Below, one piece after another: positions 52,487 through 64,000 of a stretch of 64,000 nt of DNA. The stretch lies in contig NC_043000.1 in NCBI RefSeq assembly GCF_006345805.1, positions 121,210,001-121,274,000 of the forward strand. Reading direction: 5' to 3'. A model generated the notes under the pieces. It made no database searches and was not told the origin of the DNA. It was given only the letters and a program-made list of their open reading frames with translations. Positions within the stretch are counted from its first letter, which is position 1; each line of letters begins with the position of its first letter. Made by a program: the position numbers and the translations under genes. The stretch is from Octopus sinensis (taxonomy: Eukaryota).

Positions 52487-52781
52487 CGGTAACCGAGGTT
52501 ACCGTGGTCTTTTCCGCAGGCTTTTCTTTCCACGGATAAACCTCATCTCCTTTCCCCTTTACACTTTACATCATGACATTTCTGTGATACACGATCCCTA
52601 TTGATCGTTTTTTTCCCCCATTTATTTTCTCTTTTTACGATCCCTTTTGATCGAAAAACTACCTCGCTCTTATGCTTTCTTTTTCTTTTTCTTTTTTGTT
52701 GTCTTTCTCCCCAAAAAGAAAAGCTCTACTTTGTAATCTGTCTCCTTTGTGTTCAGCCCTGTGTAGCTAATAAAGAAACAT
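52487..52781 (+). mobile_element. Retroelement 3' end carrying a SINE-A1-like tail
   Basis: Ends TCTGTCTCCTTTGTGTTCAGCCCTGTGTAGCTAATAAAGAAA, similar to the family A1 tail. Confidence 0.45.
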
Positions 52782-53289
52782 TATTACTCTTGCTGTGGCT
52801 TGATTGTTGTTGCTGTTATTAATATTATATTATAAAGAACTCTTAGTGACAGTGTCAGAGGAACTGTCTTCTTGTAAAAATGATGTGGCTTCTTACATTC
52901 TGCGTTCGATAACTAACGTGGTCAATTTTGCCGTTTATTCTTCCAGGGAAAATGAAAGAAAGTACCAGTCGAAAAGGAAACGGATTGACATTTTCATTGT
53001 CACGCTCAATTCCAGTGAAGAATTTCTTGGATTCCCTGACTTCTATACTGAAAAATAAGATACAATTTAACTCAGAACAGCTGGGGTGTCAGTCACTGTG
53101 GAGCGGCTAAGCCAAAGCACGGCTGTCTGAAGATTTGCTGAATTAAATTGGAACCAGTTGTTTACAGTACACACAGCCTCTTAACAGAAGTTTCTCTGAG
53201 GCAAAACTATTACTGCTCGCTCTACTCTACGTTTAATATAACCGTTTCGAAGTGCACAATGTTCTGTTTATACATCCCTATATAATTAT

Positions 53290-53770
53290 CGATCTGTCTT
53301 GTCTGCGTTTCCCTCTGTTTGTAAGTCATTGGGCTTGCACGCCTGCACGCTTACTTGCCTGTCTGTCTGCCTTCCTGCAGGTCTGCAAGCTTACGTGCCT
53401 GCCTGCCTACCTACCTGTAAGCCTGCAGGCTTACCTGTCAGTCTGCTTGCCTGCAGGTTTTGCTGTCAGTCTGGGGTGTCTGCCTGCTTGCAAGCCTGCA
53501 GGCTTACCTGTCAGTCTGTTTACCTGCCTGCTTACCTGTCAGGCTGTCTGCCGGCCTGCCTATCTATCTGTCTGTCTGTTTACCTATCTATCTGTCTGTC
53601 TGTCTGCCTGATGGTCTCCACGCCTACCTGCTGGTCTGTCTGCCCACCAGCGTGCCTGCCTATAGGTCTGTACGGTTCCTTGCCTTTCCGTCTGCAGACC
53701 AGCACGCTTACTTGTCTGTCTGATGTCTGCACGCTTACCTGTCTGTCTGTCTGAAGTATTGCACGCTTAC
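53290..53770. repeat. Degenerate (CTGC/CTGT/CTAC)n minisatellite with recurring GCACGCTTAC(C/T)TG motif
   Basis: Direct reading. Confidence 0.85.
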
Positions 53771-54489
53771 CTGTGTGCGTGTGGGGGGGGGTATGAACAT
53801 ATATATGTGACTGTGTATGCCAATCATTTTTACTGATGCGTGAGTGAATGTAATTGTAGGATTAGGACATAATATTAAGTGATCAGATGCAAATGCTGTA
53901 CATCTTACGTACATATTTTGTTTCCCAAACAACCTCTGTGCATCGGTTTCCCACGAGAGAAGATTAGTGTATATAACGCAACACTTTACTCCATTAATAT
54001 GTTCACATATGTTCAGTCTATCAAACACCTTTATGGAAAGATACGAACCCCATTTTGACAAATGAGATTCAGGGTGCGTTTCTTTTTGCTTCGAAGATCG
54101 AGATGACTTAAGAAAATTACCCTAATTTCATCTCGCAGCGGCACTCCATTTATTTTGCGTATATAATTCAGAATTCACCATAACAAGACAAACCAAACTA
54201 CAATGGATGTTTCGTAGAAAACAAGAAATGAGATACACAGATGCTACACATTACATTCTATAGCTCATGGTTCACTGCAACACCTATATATAGGAGGTCA
54301 GTAAGGAATGGAATGTCCGATTTTCTAATGCAACATGTTTCACAGTCGTTAACCCTAATGTTTTATCCTGACAATTCTTTATTTTACAACATTCAAGTGT
54401 TACATCATCACTTTTCGAAATGCAATTCATAATATCTGATTATATTGTGAGTTTTCTCTTGTAAATCAATTTTTGTGAACCAACGGATA

Positions 54490-55010
54490 CATAAAAAATG
54501 TGTGTTCTTTATGAATATGAGATTCGTTGTTGAACCAACGCGTCCCATGCAGCTCGAAACATGAGGTGTATCGCGAAGATGTGACGAATGAGTGCACTGT
54601 ACATCAATGGTTTAAGAAGTTCCTTTACTCTTGAACATCATTCCCCTGGTAAGCCTGAGACCGAGGTAGATAATGATGAGCTGGAAACTGTAGTGGAAGC
54701 CAATACATGTCAAAATACGCGTGAGTTAGCTGTAAGGTTTGATGTTTCGATTTCCAATGTACGAACCATCTGAAACAAATCGGCAAGGTAAAGAAACTGG
54801 ACAAGCATCAAATGACACGTCGTCTTGAAAGTTGCTGTTCTTTGCTGTCACGGCATAAAAGTGAAAATTTTTTCATTGAATTGTTACGTGTGATGAAAAT
54901 GGATTCTTTTCAACAATTCCAAGTATGGTGGTTGGATAGAGACGAAGTTCCTAAACTCAATCGAGAATGGAATATTCACCAAAAAAAGCTTATGGTGTCT
55001 GTTTAGTGGA
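54490..55010 (+). pseudogene. Mariner transposase N-terminal half, frameshifted
   Basis: Across frames: LYEYE..TNASHAARN, TVHQWFKKF, VDNDELETVVEANTCQNTRELAVRFDVS, HLKQIGKVKKLDK, IVTCDE, HQKKLMVSV*W. Confidence 0.85.
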
Positions 55011-55454
55011 CCTTACCTTTCATCGTTTCGTGCCCGATAATATATGCAAGTGTTGAGCACAGGGTTGTATGTAATCGACTAGCCCCTCTCACACACCTTC
55101 AGGTCTTCTGATTGTAGCAGAAAGGATTATTATTGTTGTTGTTATTGATATTATCTTATGAAGAGTTCTTAGTATCCATTCAGTGTCGGACAAATTGTCT
55201 TCTTGCTCTAAATACCTTGCCTCTTCTATTCTGAGTTTGATTACCAACGTGGTCATCTTGGTCCTTCATCCTTCCAAGGTCGATAGAATAAGGTATCAGG
55301 CAAGTATCAGGGTCAATGGTACTCACAAACCATTTTTCTTCATAATTGCCAGCTTCTTGCTTAGATCAAAACCACTGTTATTTCAAAAATAATAATAGAA
55401 GTAAAAATAAGGTCAAAAGCAAGATTTGTTAATACAACATCAATGATAATGATA

Positions 55455-55670
55455 ATAGTTTCAAATTGTGGCTGAAGGCCAGCACTTTTGCGTATAGGGG
55501 TAGGTCGGTTATTGCTTCTTCAGGACTCGACTGGAAATTATTTTATCGACTCCGAACAGATGAAAGGTAACGCCAACCGTGGCAGAATTTGAACTGGGAA
55601 AGTAATGAGCTGGAACAAATGCCGTTAATGAATTTTGCCCGGCGTTCTAACGGTTCTCCCAGCTCGCCGC
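55455..55670 (-). mobile_element. SINE family A (A2 tail), diverged
   Basis: Reverse complement of the head (GGCGGCGAGCTGGGAGAACCGTTAG) and body (CAGTTCAAATTCTGCCACGG). Confidence 0.75.
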
Positions 55671-55674
55671 CATA

Positions 55675-55734
55675 GTAATAATAATGATAATAATAATGAT
55701 AATAATAATAATAATAATAATGTTGATAATAATA

Positions 55735-55782
<48 letters not shown>

Positions 55783-55826
55783 GTAATAATATTAATATTA
55801 ATAATAATAATAATAATAATATTAAT

Positions 55827-55884
<58 letters not shown>

Positions 55885-55895
55885 GTAATAATAAT
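55675..55895. repeat. (AAT)n array
   Basis: Direct reading. Confidence 0.95.
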
Positions 55896-57482
55896 CATTC
55901 ATCGCTTAACGTTACGCCTTGACAAAATGGTCACCGAAACAATACAAAATATCCTATAAAATACCAATAAATGAAACCAAATTGAAGCCTTTGATGCTAG
56001 AAGTCTTGAAGTCTTGAAGTATTTCTTTTATTTTTTTTTTTTATATTTTAAAGATACCATTTCTAATTCCCCCTATTCCGAATTGCGTCATTTATTCATT
56101 TATTGCGAACAATAACGTTAACTTTCATCCAATTTCGCAGATCATATAAAAATATATCGATCTCATATTTTCTTTTCGTATTTTTCAAAAGCGAATATTA
56201 TAGGAAAAAATAAATTTGCAATATAACAACAAAAATCCCAAACGACAATGCCGATTGATTTCTTTAGTCCATTGCTTTCTTTACTCTGTAAATTCGAAGC
56301 TCTGCTCATTCCTGTTCAACGATATTTTAAATTGATTTTTACAACACTCAGCCCAGTCGCTCCACCTTCTTATGCATTTTTTCCCGTTGCTTATTTGAAT
56401 AAGACGAAATGACAAAATCTCGTGAGACATTCTCAAATGCATGAGTTTGTATAGATATGCATGAACACTCACACACGTTTACAAATACACGCAACTATAT
56501 AATGAAACATTTGTATACGTGCACGTATGCTTAAATTCAAAGAAAACGTGAATTCGAATATTTTCCATAGAAACCTTTACGCATAAAGAACTACGTAAAC
56601 CTTTCCACTCGTAGAACCATATAGATCGTTACGTTCGAACATATGTGTGTCGAATGTAGGTGTGTCTCTGTGTGTGTATACACGCACATAGGCACGCACA
56701 GATTTTATCAGCAGAATAGGAAAACAGACGCACAGTTACCACTACTTTCATTCGCTTGAATAATTGCAAAAATCTCAACGCATTCACATGCATTATACAT
56801 AAATTTTATAATTTGAAACTGAAATACACGTTTTCACGTAAAAGGATACAAGACAAGTACATTTATTTAAATACACAATCTGGCCTTAAGTCAAACATAC
56901 ACGTGTGGACTAATGTCAGTATTTCAAATGCAATATCTTCGAGAAATTGATTTCCGAACATTGCATTTTTTTCCTTTTAAGCGAATCAGATTGTGGCATG
57001 ATGCAAAGCAAAACGGTTTGTAAAATCTACCTGCTTCACATTAGCATATCAAACGGGAAAGGGCCGTGCCCGTAGCATTTGCAAACCTTCTTAGAGCGAC
57101 AATCTTTGGATGAGGTTTAGTTATCTTTAGGTAAAAACTTTGCTTTCTGAAACAATGCTTTCTGTAAAGTACTGGATTGAATATTGCATAAGAACACAAA
57201 GAATTCTTTAGAACTACAAAGGGAAAACCAAGAGTGAAGTGGAAGAATAGTTGCAATTTTTATTCGACGGGAAGAGTAGTAAAAACACACATACACTCCT
57301 ACACACTCACATACACACACACAGATAGACACATACACACACGTATGTATGCTCGTGCATATGATAATGCATGCAGCGTATGTATACTCAAAGAAACTGT
57401 CCAAACGTAACTGAAATATCATTCAATATATCGAAGTAGAGATATACTTTACACATTTTATTTTTACAAGTATGAAGAGCTT

Positions 57483-57532
<50 letters not shown>

Positions 57533-57608
57533 TGATAGAAATGGCAAGACAAGAAAAGAATGAATGAGACCTTGATATTATGTCAATAGAGGAATTTATC
57601 CTTAAATA

Positions 57609-57802
57609 TATGTGACAATTATTCGGCAGCCATGATAGAATTCTGATTTTCGGATGTCGGGGAGGAAACCCACGCCAGCATATCTTCAGTTATCGGGCCA
57701 TCGAAAAATTCGATGGCCCGATAACTGAAAAGATGCCGGTGTGGGTCTCCGCCCCAACATACGAAACTCGGAGTTTTATCATGGCTGTCGAATAATTGTC
57801 AC

Positions 57803-57805
<3 letters not shown>
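57609..57805. repeat. Palindrome of ~97-bp arms around AAA (57706-57708); each arm is a degenerate hammerhead
   Basis: Perfect centre TTCAGTTATCGGGCCATCGAA-aaa-TTCGATGGCCCGATAACTGAA. Right arm: GAUAA-CUGAAAA...GAAA-CUCGGAG-UU|UUAUC. The left arm (minus strand) keeps CUGAAGA. Confidence 0.85.
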
Positions 57806-57841
<36 letters not shown>

Positions 57842-58639
57842 CTTATAAAATATTTTATAACTTATTTTATCATTTATTTATAAGATTAACCTTTAAAGGT
57901 ATTTTTAATATGCTGGCCATTGATAAATTTTGTTTTTTCGAAAAAAAAATTATCCTACGTTAGATGTATATATATATATTTATATATATAGTTACACACA
58001 CATACACACACACGCGCACACACTCACACACACATACACACACATACATATATATATATGTGTGTCTGTGTGTATATATATATAAATGATAAACTGGGAA
58101 ATTTTACAAACTTTTACAGTTCCAGAGATGGTTTGGATCAGTAGTCATCGATACAGCTTTCTCCTTTCTGGTTTTGAGAAACCTAGTTTCTCAAGGATGT
58201 TATTTATGCAGTGTATTACATAACTCAGAACCCAATAATTACAGGTATAAAGCTGAACTTGTAATCTGGAAAGAGCAACTGCAGACATATAGACACACAG
58301 ATAGACAGATAGATAGATAAACAGATAGATAGATCGAGAAGCAAGCTAGATAGATACATGTATATGTATGTATGCCATTATTCAGTTTCAAGATTTCTTG
58401 CCAAGAGAGAAAGAAGCGGTTTCTAACCGAAATCCAAGGGGAATCATGGGGATATCAACATCAACAACAGGGTATTATTGTCTTCTCTCTCTCTGCCTGT
58501 CGGTCTGTATGTATGTATGTATTTATATGTTCACTGCCCCCACACATCGTTGCCAGAAAATATACAGTAAAGCTTCAGTATAACGTTGTAAAATTATCGA
58601 CTGGTATTTCCAGTAAATGTTGGTGCCTTGTTGTACCAC

Positions 58640-58736
<97 letters not shown>

Positions 58737-58737
<1 letters not shown>

Positions 58738-58854
58738 TTTATTTAAAGCAGCAGAAAATTCAACAAAACCTGTTACTCTGAGTTTCCCGTTGCCGTTCAT
58801 CGGACAGTTTTTCTAGCAAAGGTTTTGTTGAATTTTCTGCTGCTTTAAATAAAG
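58737..58854. repeat. 35-bp perfect inverted repeat (58737-58771 / 58820-58854) with a hammerhead motif in the spacer
   Basis: CTTTATTTAAAGCAGCAGAAAATTCAACAAAACCT versus AGGTTTTGTTGAATTTTCTGCTGCTTTAAATAAAG; the left end abuts (TC)n(TA)n. Confidence 0.9.
58770..58807 (-). ncRNA. Minimal hammerhead motif (U4>C variant)
   Basis: Minus strand: CUGU-CCGAUGA-A-CG gcaa CG-G-GAAA-CUCAGAG-UA|ACAG. 4-bp stem I, near-palindromic stem III, GUA triplet; AATAAA downstream. Confidence 0.5.
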
Positions 58855-58923
58855 CATATTACTTTACCACTTGTATTTGAGTACTCTTTTTTCCACCTTG
58901 TTTCACATTTATGTGTTTACTCC

Positions 58924-59005
<82 letters not shown>

Positions 59006-60479
59006 CGTGTGTGCGTGTGTGCGTTTGTGTGATTGCGTGAATTCAGGGACTTTACAAGCCCATTCTTGCTGTGAATCTTTAACGGGACAAAATTACATTC
59101 TTCTCACTCTACAACCAATATATACATGCACCCGTGCATCAATACACACATCCAAGCATGCGGAAACGTACACACACAGACGCACAGACAGACACAGAAA
59201 CACACACACACATACACACAAAGACACATATGTTTATGACACAACGCACATTTTTGAGCCGATAATATTGTTAAATGCTTACTCCACTGCAGGCTGTTAT
59301 TTTTGATAAATCTAGTTCATTTATGTGTGAAAATACCTTCCAAATATTTTGCTTATATGCTAATTAATCAATTTGATTGTTAATTTCGTGCTATTTTAAA
59401 GAAAAGTTATTAGTCATGGCAGTTGTTACACCGTGTAATTTACAAAAAGAACAAAACAAAACAAAACAAAAAAAAACAAACTGTTAGAATATTATCTGTG
59501 CCTCAAAATGATGTATACGTTCAATAAGTTCGCAGAAATCGACTGGAAAATAGCTGCCGTGTTTTATTTTAAAATGATAACCCCCAACAAAAGAAATACG
59601 ATGATCAGCAACAGATGCGACTGAATATTCCCGTAGAATGCAATACAAGCAAGAATAATAACAACCCTTTCAATATAACTATTACTTTCATTTCTAATAT
59701 TATCTAGGTTCAGCGTGTAACGGATACAGTTTATTGCATGCGATAGTAGGCTTTACTTCAGACATTCCAAACGGCAACAAGCAATATGGTGAATTACTAG
59801 TGAAAGTGCTGTACTGGTTGGCTTTATAACTGCTTTTGTGTTATGTTGCATGCAGCTGTAGAATGTCAGCTAATGTAATTTACTTGCTTTGCTATTGTCT
59901 ACCCTATTGATATTTCTATTCCTTCAGTAATTAAGGGGATACGGTGGAGGCTGTCGCGGTAACAGGAGAGGAATTGTTGTGTTGTGATAGATATAGAGAG
60001 TGACTGTAGGATATAGGAAGTATGATATAGAGTAATGGAGGCACGTATGTCAAGGAGGCACAGAATATGAGATGGAAAAGGTAAGGGAGGAGCAACGAAC
60101 ATTGAGAAAGTGTGTGAGAGAGAGAGAGAGTTGTAAAGAGAGATCATAAAAAAGAAAGCAATCGCGAATGAAATATAGATAAATGTTGAGTAATGAAAAC
60201 TGACATGGAGCGAGAAAGTGTGAGAGATAGAAAGAGAGAGGGTGAGAAAAAGAGAGGGTGAGAAAAAGAGAGGGAGAGAAAGAGTGTCAGAGAGGTGGGG
60301 GGAAAAGTGAAAGTATACATAGAAAGGCGGCGAAAGAGTGAAACGGAAGAAACAGCAATTTAGAATATCAGAAAGGAAATAATAGGGTATGGGGGAAATC
60401 TAGACAGAAGTGAGTTAAATAAGCTAGGTAGACTGAGAGCGATACAGTGTAAGGATGGTTTCAGGGAGGGGGAGAGAAA

Positions 60480-60492
60480 TAGAGAAGAAGAA

Positions 60493-60539
<47 letters not shown>

Positions 60540-60860
60540 AAGAAGAAGAAGACGACGACGAAGAAGAAGAAGAACAAGAAGAACAAGAAGAACAAGAGAA
60601 GAAAAAGAAAAGAAAAAGAAGAAGAAAAAGAAGAAGAGAAGAAGAAAAAGAAGAAACGAAGAAGGAGAAGAAAAAGAAGAAAAGGAAGAAGAAAAAGAAA
60701 AGAAGAAGAAAATAAAAGAAGAAGAAAAGAAGACGGAGAAGAAGAAAAGAAGGAAAAGAAGAAGAAGAAAATGAAGAGAAGAAGAAGAAGAAGAAGAAGA
60801 AGAAAAAGGAAAATAAGAAGAAAAAGAAGAAGATGAAGAAAAAGAACAAGAAGAAGAACA
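60480..60860. repeat. Degenerate (GAA)n purine-rich array
   Basis: Direct reading; source of the 251-aa and 322-aa low-complexity pseudo-ORFs. Confidence 0.95.
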
Positions 60861-61839
60861 AGGAGGCGGAGGAGAAGACGAGCGCCCAGAGTGAGAGGTG
60901 TGGTGGTTGGGTGAGAGAAATAGGGAAAGAAAGAGTAAACAAAAGAAAGACTGCAAAAGAGATGCAGAAACAAAGTATCTGAGATAGATAATCAGAGAGA
61001 GAGAGAGAGAGGGGGTAGAGAAATAGGCGAGAGCGAGAGAGATAGAGAAATGAATACAGAAGGAAGAAATGCGCAGGCGTAAAGAGATGGAGTGAAAATG
61101 AGAAAAAGTTGTCAAGACAAAGAGATTGATTAATAGAAAATAATAAACTATAAAATACTATTATACGAAGGAAAAAAGAGACAGCGAAAGGTAGTGAACG
61201 AAAGAAAGAAAGAGAGAAAAAAGCAAGACAGAAAGTTAAATAGATGGATAGATACATTGTGGAGGGTATGAAGCATTCAGTGCGGCATTTTGATTGCAGC
61301 GTGTGCATAAAATAAGGGATCAAGAAAAAAGACATGAAAATGAGTAATTTTACATGAATTCGCTGGTTGAAAAAATATGTTATCGTGTGCAAAACTGATA
61401 TGGAAATTAATAATAAGTTTTATCACCTGACAAGAAATTGGTGATAGAAGAATAGTCGATTTATTGGTATCTAGTGATCTGCTGTGTGATTAGTATTTGT
61501 TTTGTTGCATCTGGATGAAACGAAGATGTTGGCAACATTCTGTAGTACATGGATTTAGAAAGTGTAACGCTGTTGTTAAAAATTGTAATACTACAAAATA
61601 TATTGCTCAGTATCCTTAAGTCATTGTCATTATTTCTCTCTCATTACACATATTGGAATGAGTTCTATATATATATATATATGTGTTTGTGTGTGTGTGT
61701 GTGTGTCACCGTGATCACCGTGACTGACCAGGCTATCAGATATTGCTACACATCGCTGGTCACAATGCGCCAATAAGCTTCGCATTGTTTTAGCCTTCAA
61801 ATGACACCACCAGCTGGCTAAGCGAGCAGGCCAATATAT

Positions 61840-61934
<95 letters not shown>

Positions 61935-61937
<3 letters not shown>

Positions 61938-62065
61938 CTGAAATATACAGAAAAACAAAAGACAAAAACAGGTGTATAAACAACAGGCGAGTGTAGTATT
62001 TGAGTCTCGGGAAGGTGAGAAAGTCCTCTACATTTCGAGCCTACGCTCTTCCACATATAGATCTA
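61935..62065 (-). mobile_element. Family D fragment
   Basis: Minus strand GTGGAAGAGCGTAGGCTCGAAATGTAG; next to (TA)n. Confidence 0.55.
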
Positions 62066-62125
62066 TGTGTGTGTATGTGTAAATACATATACATACATAT
62101 ATATATATATATTTATCTATCTCTC

Positions 62126-62173
<48 letters not shown>

Positions 62174-62290
62174 CATATATAGCCTTGGGCAAAAGTTTTA
62201 GGCTGTACCAATGTTTTGGGGTTCTCGTATCTCAATGTTAATAAAACTCGTGCACACGTTATATTATGGCATATTTCAAATTCTGTAACA

Positions 62291-63790
62291 GGCCCCAATC
62301 TTGTAAAAACATGTAAGAAAGCTTTTACAAAACCACTGCCAATACTTTTCTAAAGTTCCCTTGAACGTGCTACATTTCCTCAAACGTCAAAAGAAGGAAT
62401 AATCTGCCATGTCAACAAAGGAGGAAGCAGATCCATCTCTCTGAGCACGCATGTCAGCAAGATCATGGAGCGAATTGTCAGTAAAAGACTCACTAGTTTC
62501 CTAGCTCCAAGACGGAGCTGCTTAACATAGCTACTACAGCACTTCGACTGGGTTCTAGAACAACAGCTCAACCATTCAAATGTGGATGTGATATGTCTTT
62601 GACAAGGCGCTTGACAAATTGATTATGGGATGGTATGTCACAAATTGCGTGACCTCGGTATCGCTGGTAGACTGGGAGAATGCCTGCATGATTTCCTAAG
62701 GGGTAGAAGTCAGGTTGTTACATCAGACTGTGCTCTCTCTGAAGTAACACCAATCCTCCTTGGAATCCACAACTGTTTGTGGTTGTTCTCTCAGGATGCC
62801 TTCGGCCATAGAGTCGGCCATGCTCCCCAGCTACGCCGATGATACAAAAGTATCGGAGGCCGTCAAGGCAAGGATCATACTGATATACTAAAACTCCAGA
62901 ATGATCTGAACGTGATATATAAATGGGCTGATGAGAATAATATGCAGTTCAATGGCACAAAATTCCATGCACTCCACTATCAGCCCACAAGCAAATTACA
63001 GCTGAAGTACATGGGACCAGCAGGCAACGTAATCTCAGATTTAGAGTGGGTGCGTGACCTGGGAATCCGCATGAGCAACGACGCAAATTTCCATGTGCAC
63101 ATTGATCAGTTGGTGACACTATGCAGGCGGACCGAAGGCTGGAACCTTAGATCCTTCAGGAACAGGAACAGAGACACGATGCTTCTACTTTGAAGGACCT
63201 TTGTCCTCAGTCGTCTCGACTACTGCTCCCAACTGCGGTCCCTACAGAGTGTAAAACTAATTGCGGAACTAGAACCGATCCAATGCCACTTCGCAAAGAA
63301 GGTAGACTCAATAAAACACATGAGGTACTGGAAGAGATTGAGCGAACTGGGACTCTACTCCCCGGAGAGGAGACAGGAGACATATACAGAAACTATATAG
63401 TGGAAAATAATTGAGGGTCTGGTTCCAAATTTCGGAATTGAAACCTACAACAATCCCGAAATGGACGTCCCTGCACAGTACCAAAGGTCTCATCTTCTCC
63501 ATCGAGGATACCAACTCAATATTGCAAAAGCATGGGATTCAAGGGACTACAATTATTAATGCCCTAGCACAGCATATCAGGGATCTGCAAGGTGTAGGCA
63601 TGGAAGTCTTCAAAAAGGTCTATAAATTTTATTTGCAATTCCGGATGTACCCACATCGCGGCAGGAGGCACAAAGAAGAGCGTCCAATTCGCTACTTCAC
63701 CAGAAGAAATACTGGAAAAATCCCCGGATGCAGTAAAGGCGGTGCACCAGCATGGCCTCAGCCTCTATCTGAAACCCATAAAAATAAAAG
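62291..63790 (+). pseudogene. Decayed CR1/L2-group LINE ORF2 (reverse transcriptase and C-terminal region) with 3' UTR
   Basis: GPNLVKTCKKAFTKPLPILF*SSLERATFP..., RSISLSTHVSKIMERIVSKRL, YADDTK (62832-62849), IYKWADENNMQFNGTKF..., RDLGIRMSNDANFHVHI; multiple stops and frameshifts. 3' end TAAAGGCGGTGCACCAGCATGGCC...AAAAATAAAAG. Confidence 0.9.
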
Positions 63791-64000
63791 ATATATATTT
63801 ATATATAAATACAATAAGGTTCCAAATAGGAAAGCCTTGTGCTAGAAAGAGCAGTAGAAAACTTAAACCACCAAATAAGGATAAGTTCTCGAAAGGAATG
63901 ACAATTAAAAACGTTTGCCATCTCAATTATTTCCCAGACCATGGTTTCTAACTATTTCCAGCAAAAAGATATTCGCTAAAGGCCAGTTTCATCATTGGGA

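Noticed and set aside
60360-61392. Longest ORFs in the track (251 and 322 aa, minus strand)
   Set aside because: They run through a purine-rich (GAA)n/GA array that lacks stops by composition.

Overview
AT-rich, microsatellite-saturated eukaryotic DNA. The repeat style is most consistent with an octopus/cephalopod genome (inference, not a database result). I can support no host protein-coding gene; the window looks intergenic or intronic, and nearly all listed ORFs are translations of simple repeats. Recognisable content: (i) three groups of tRNA-derived SINEs, including head-to-tail SINE multimers inside single target-site duplications; (ii) a decayed CR1/L2-group LINE RT (YADD at 62832-62843) whose 3' end is shared with one SINE family; (iii) three mariner remnants, one an in-frame internal-deletion derivative with both TIRs; (iv) two copies of a GG..CC-ended MITE carrying TTAGGG repeats; (v) a 162-aa ORF1-like ORF ending in a SINE-type tail. 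The most striking signal is a dense set of minimal type I hammerhead-ribozyme motifs from several unrelated sequence families, all with palindromic stem III. Many sit in foldback inverted repeats next to (TA)n tracts, with the ribozyme copies pointing outward (27.6-28.05, 29.2-30.1, 57.6-57.8 and 58.7-58.85 kb; also 2.56-2.97 kb). The 29 kb structure implies a ~0.5 kb tandem or circular monomer, as expected for a Penelope-like pseudo-LTR or retrozyme-type RNA. All folds were made by eye and need computational and biochemical confirmation.
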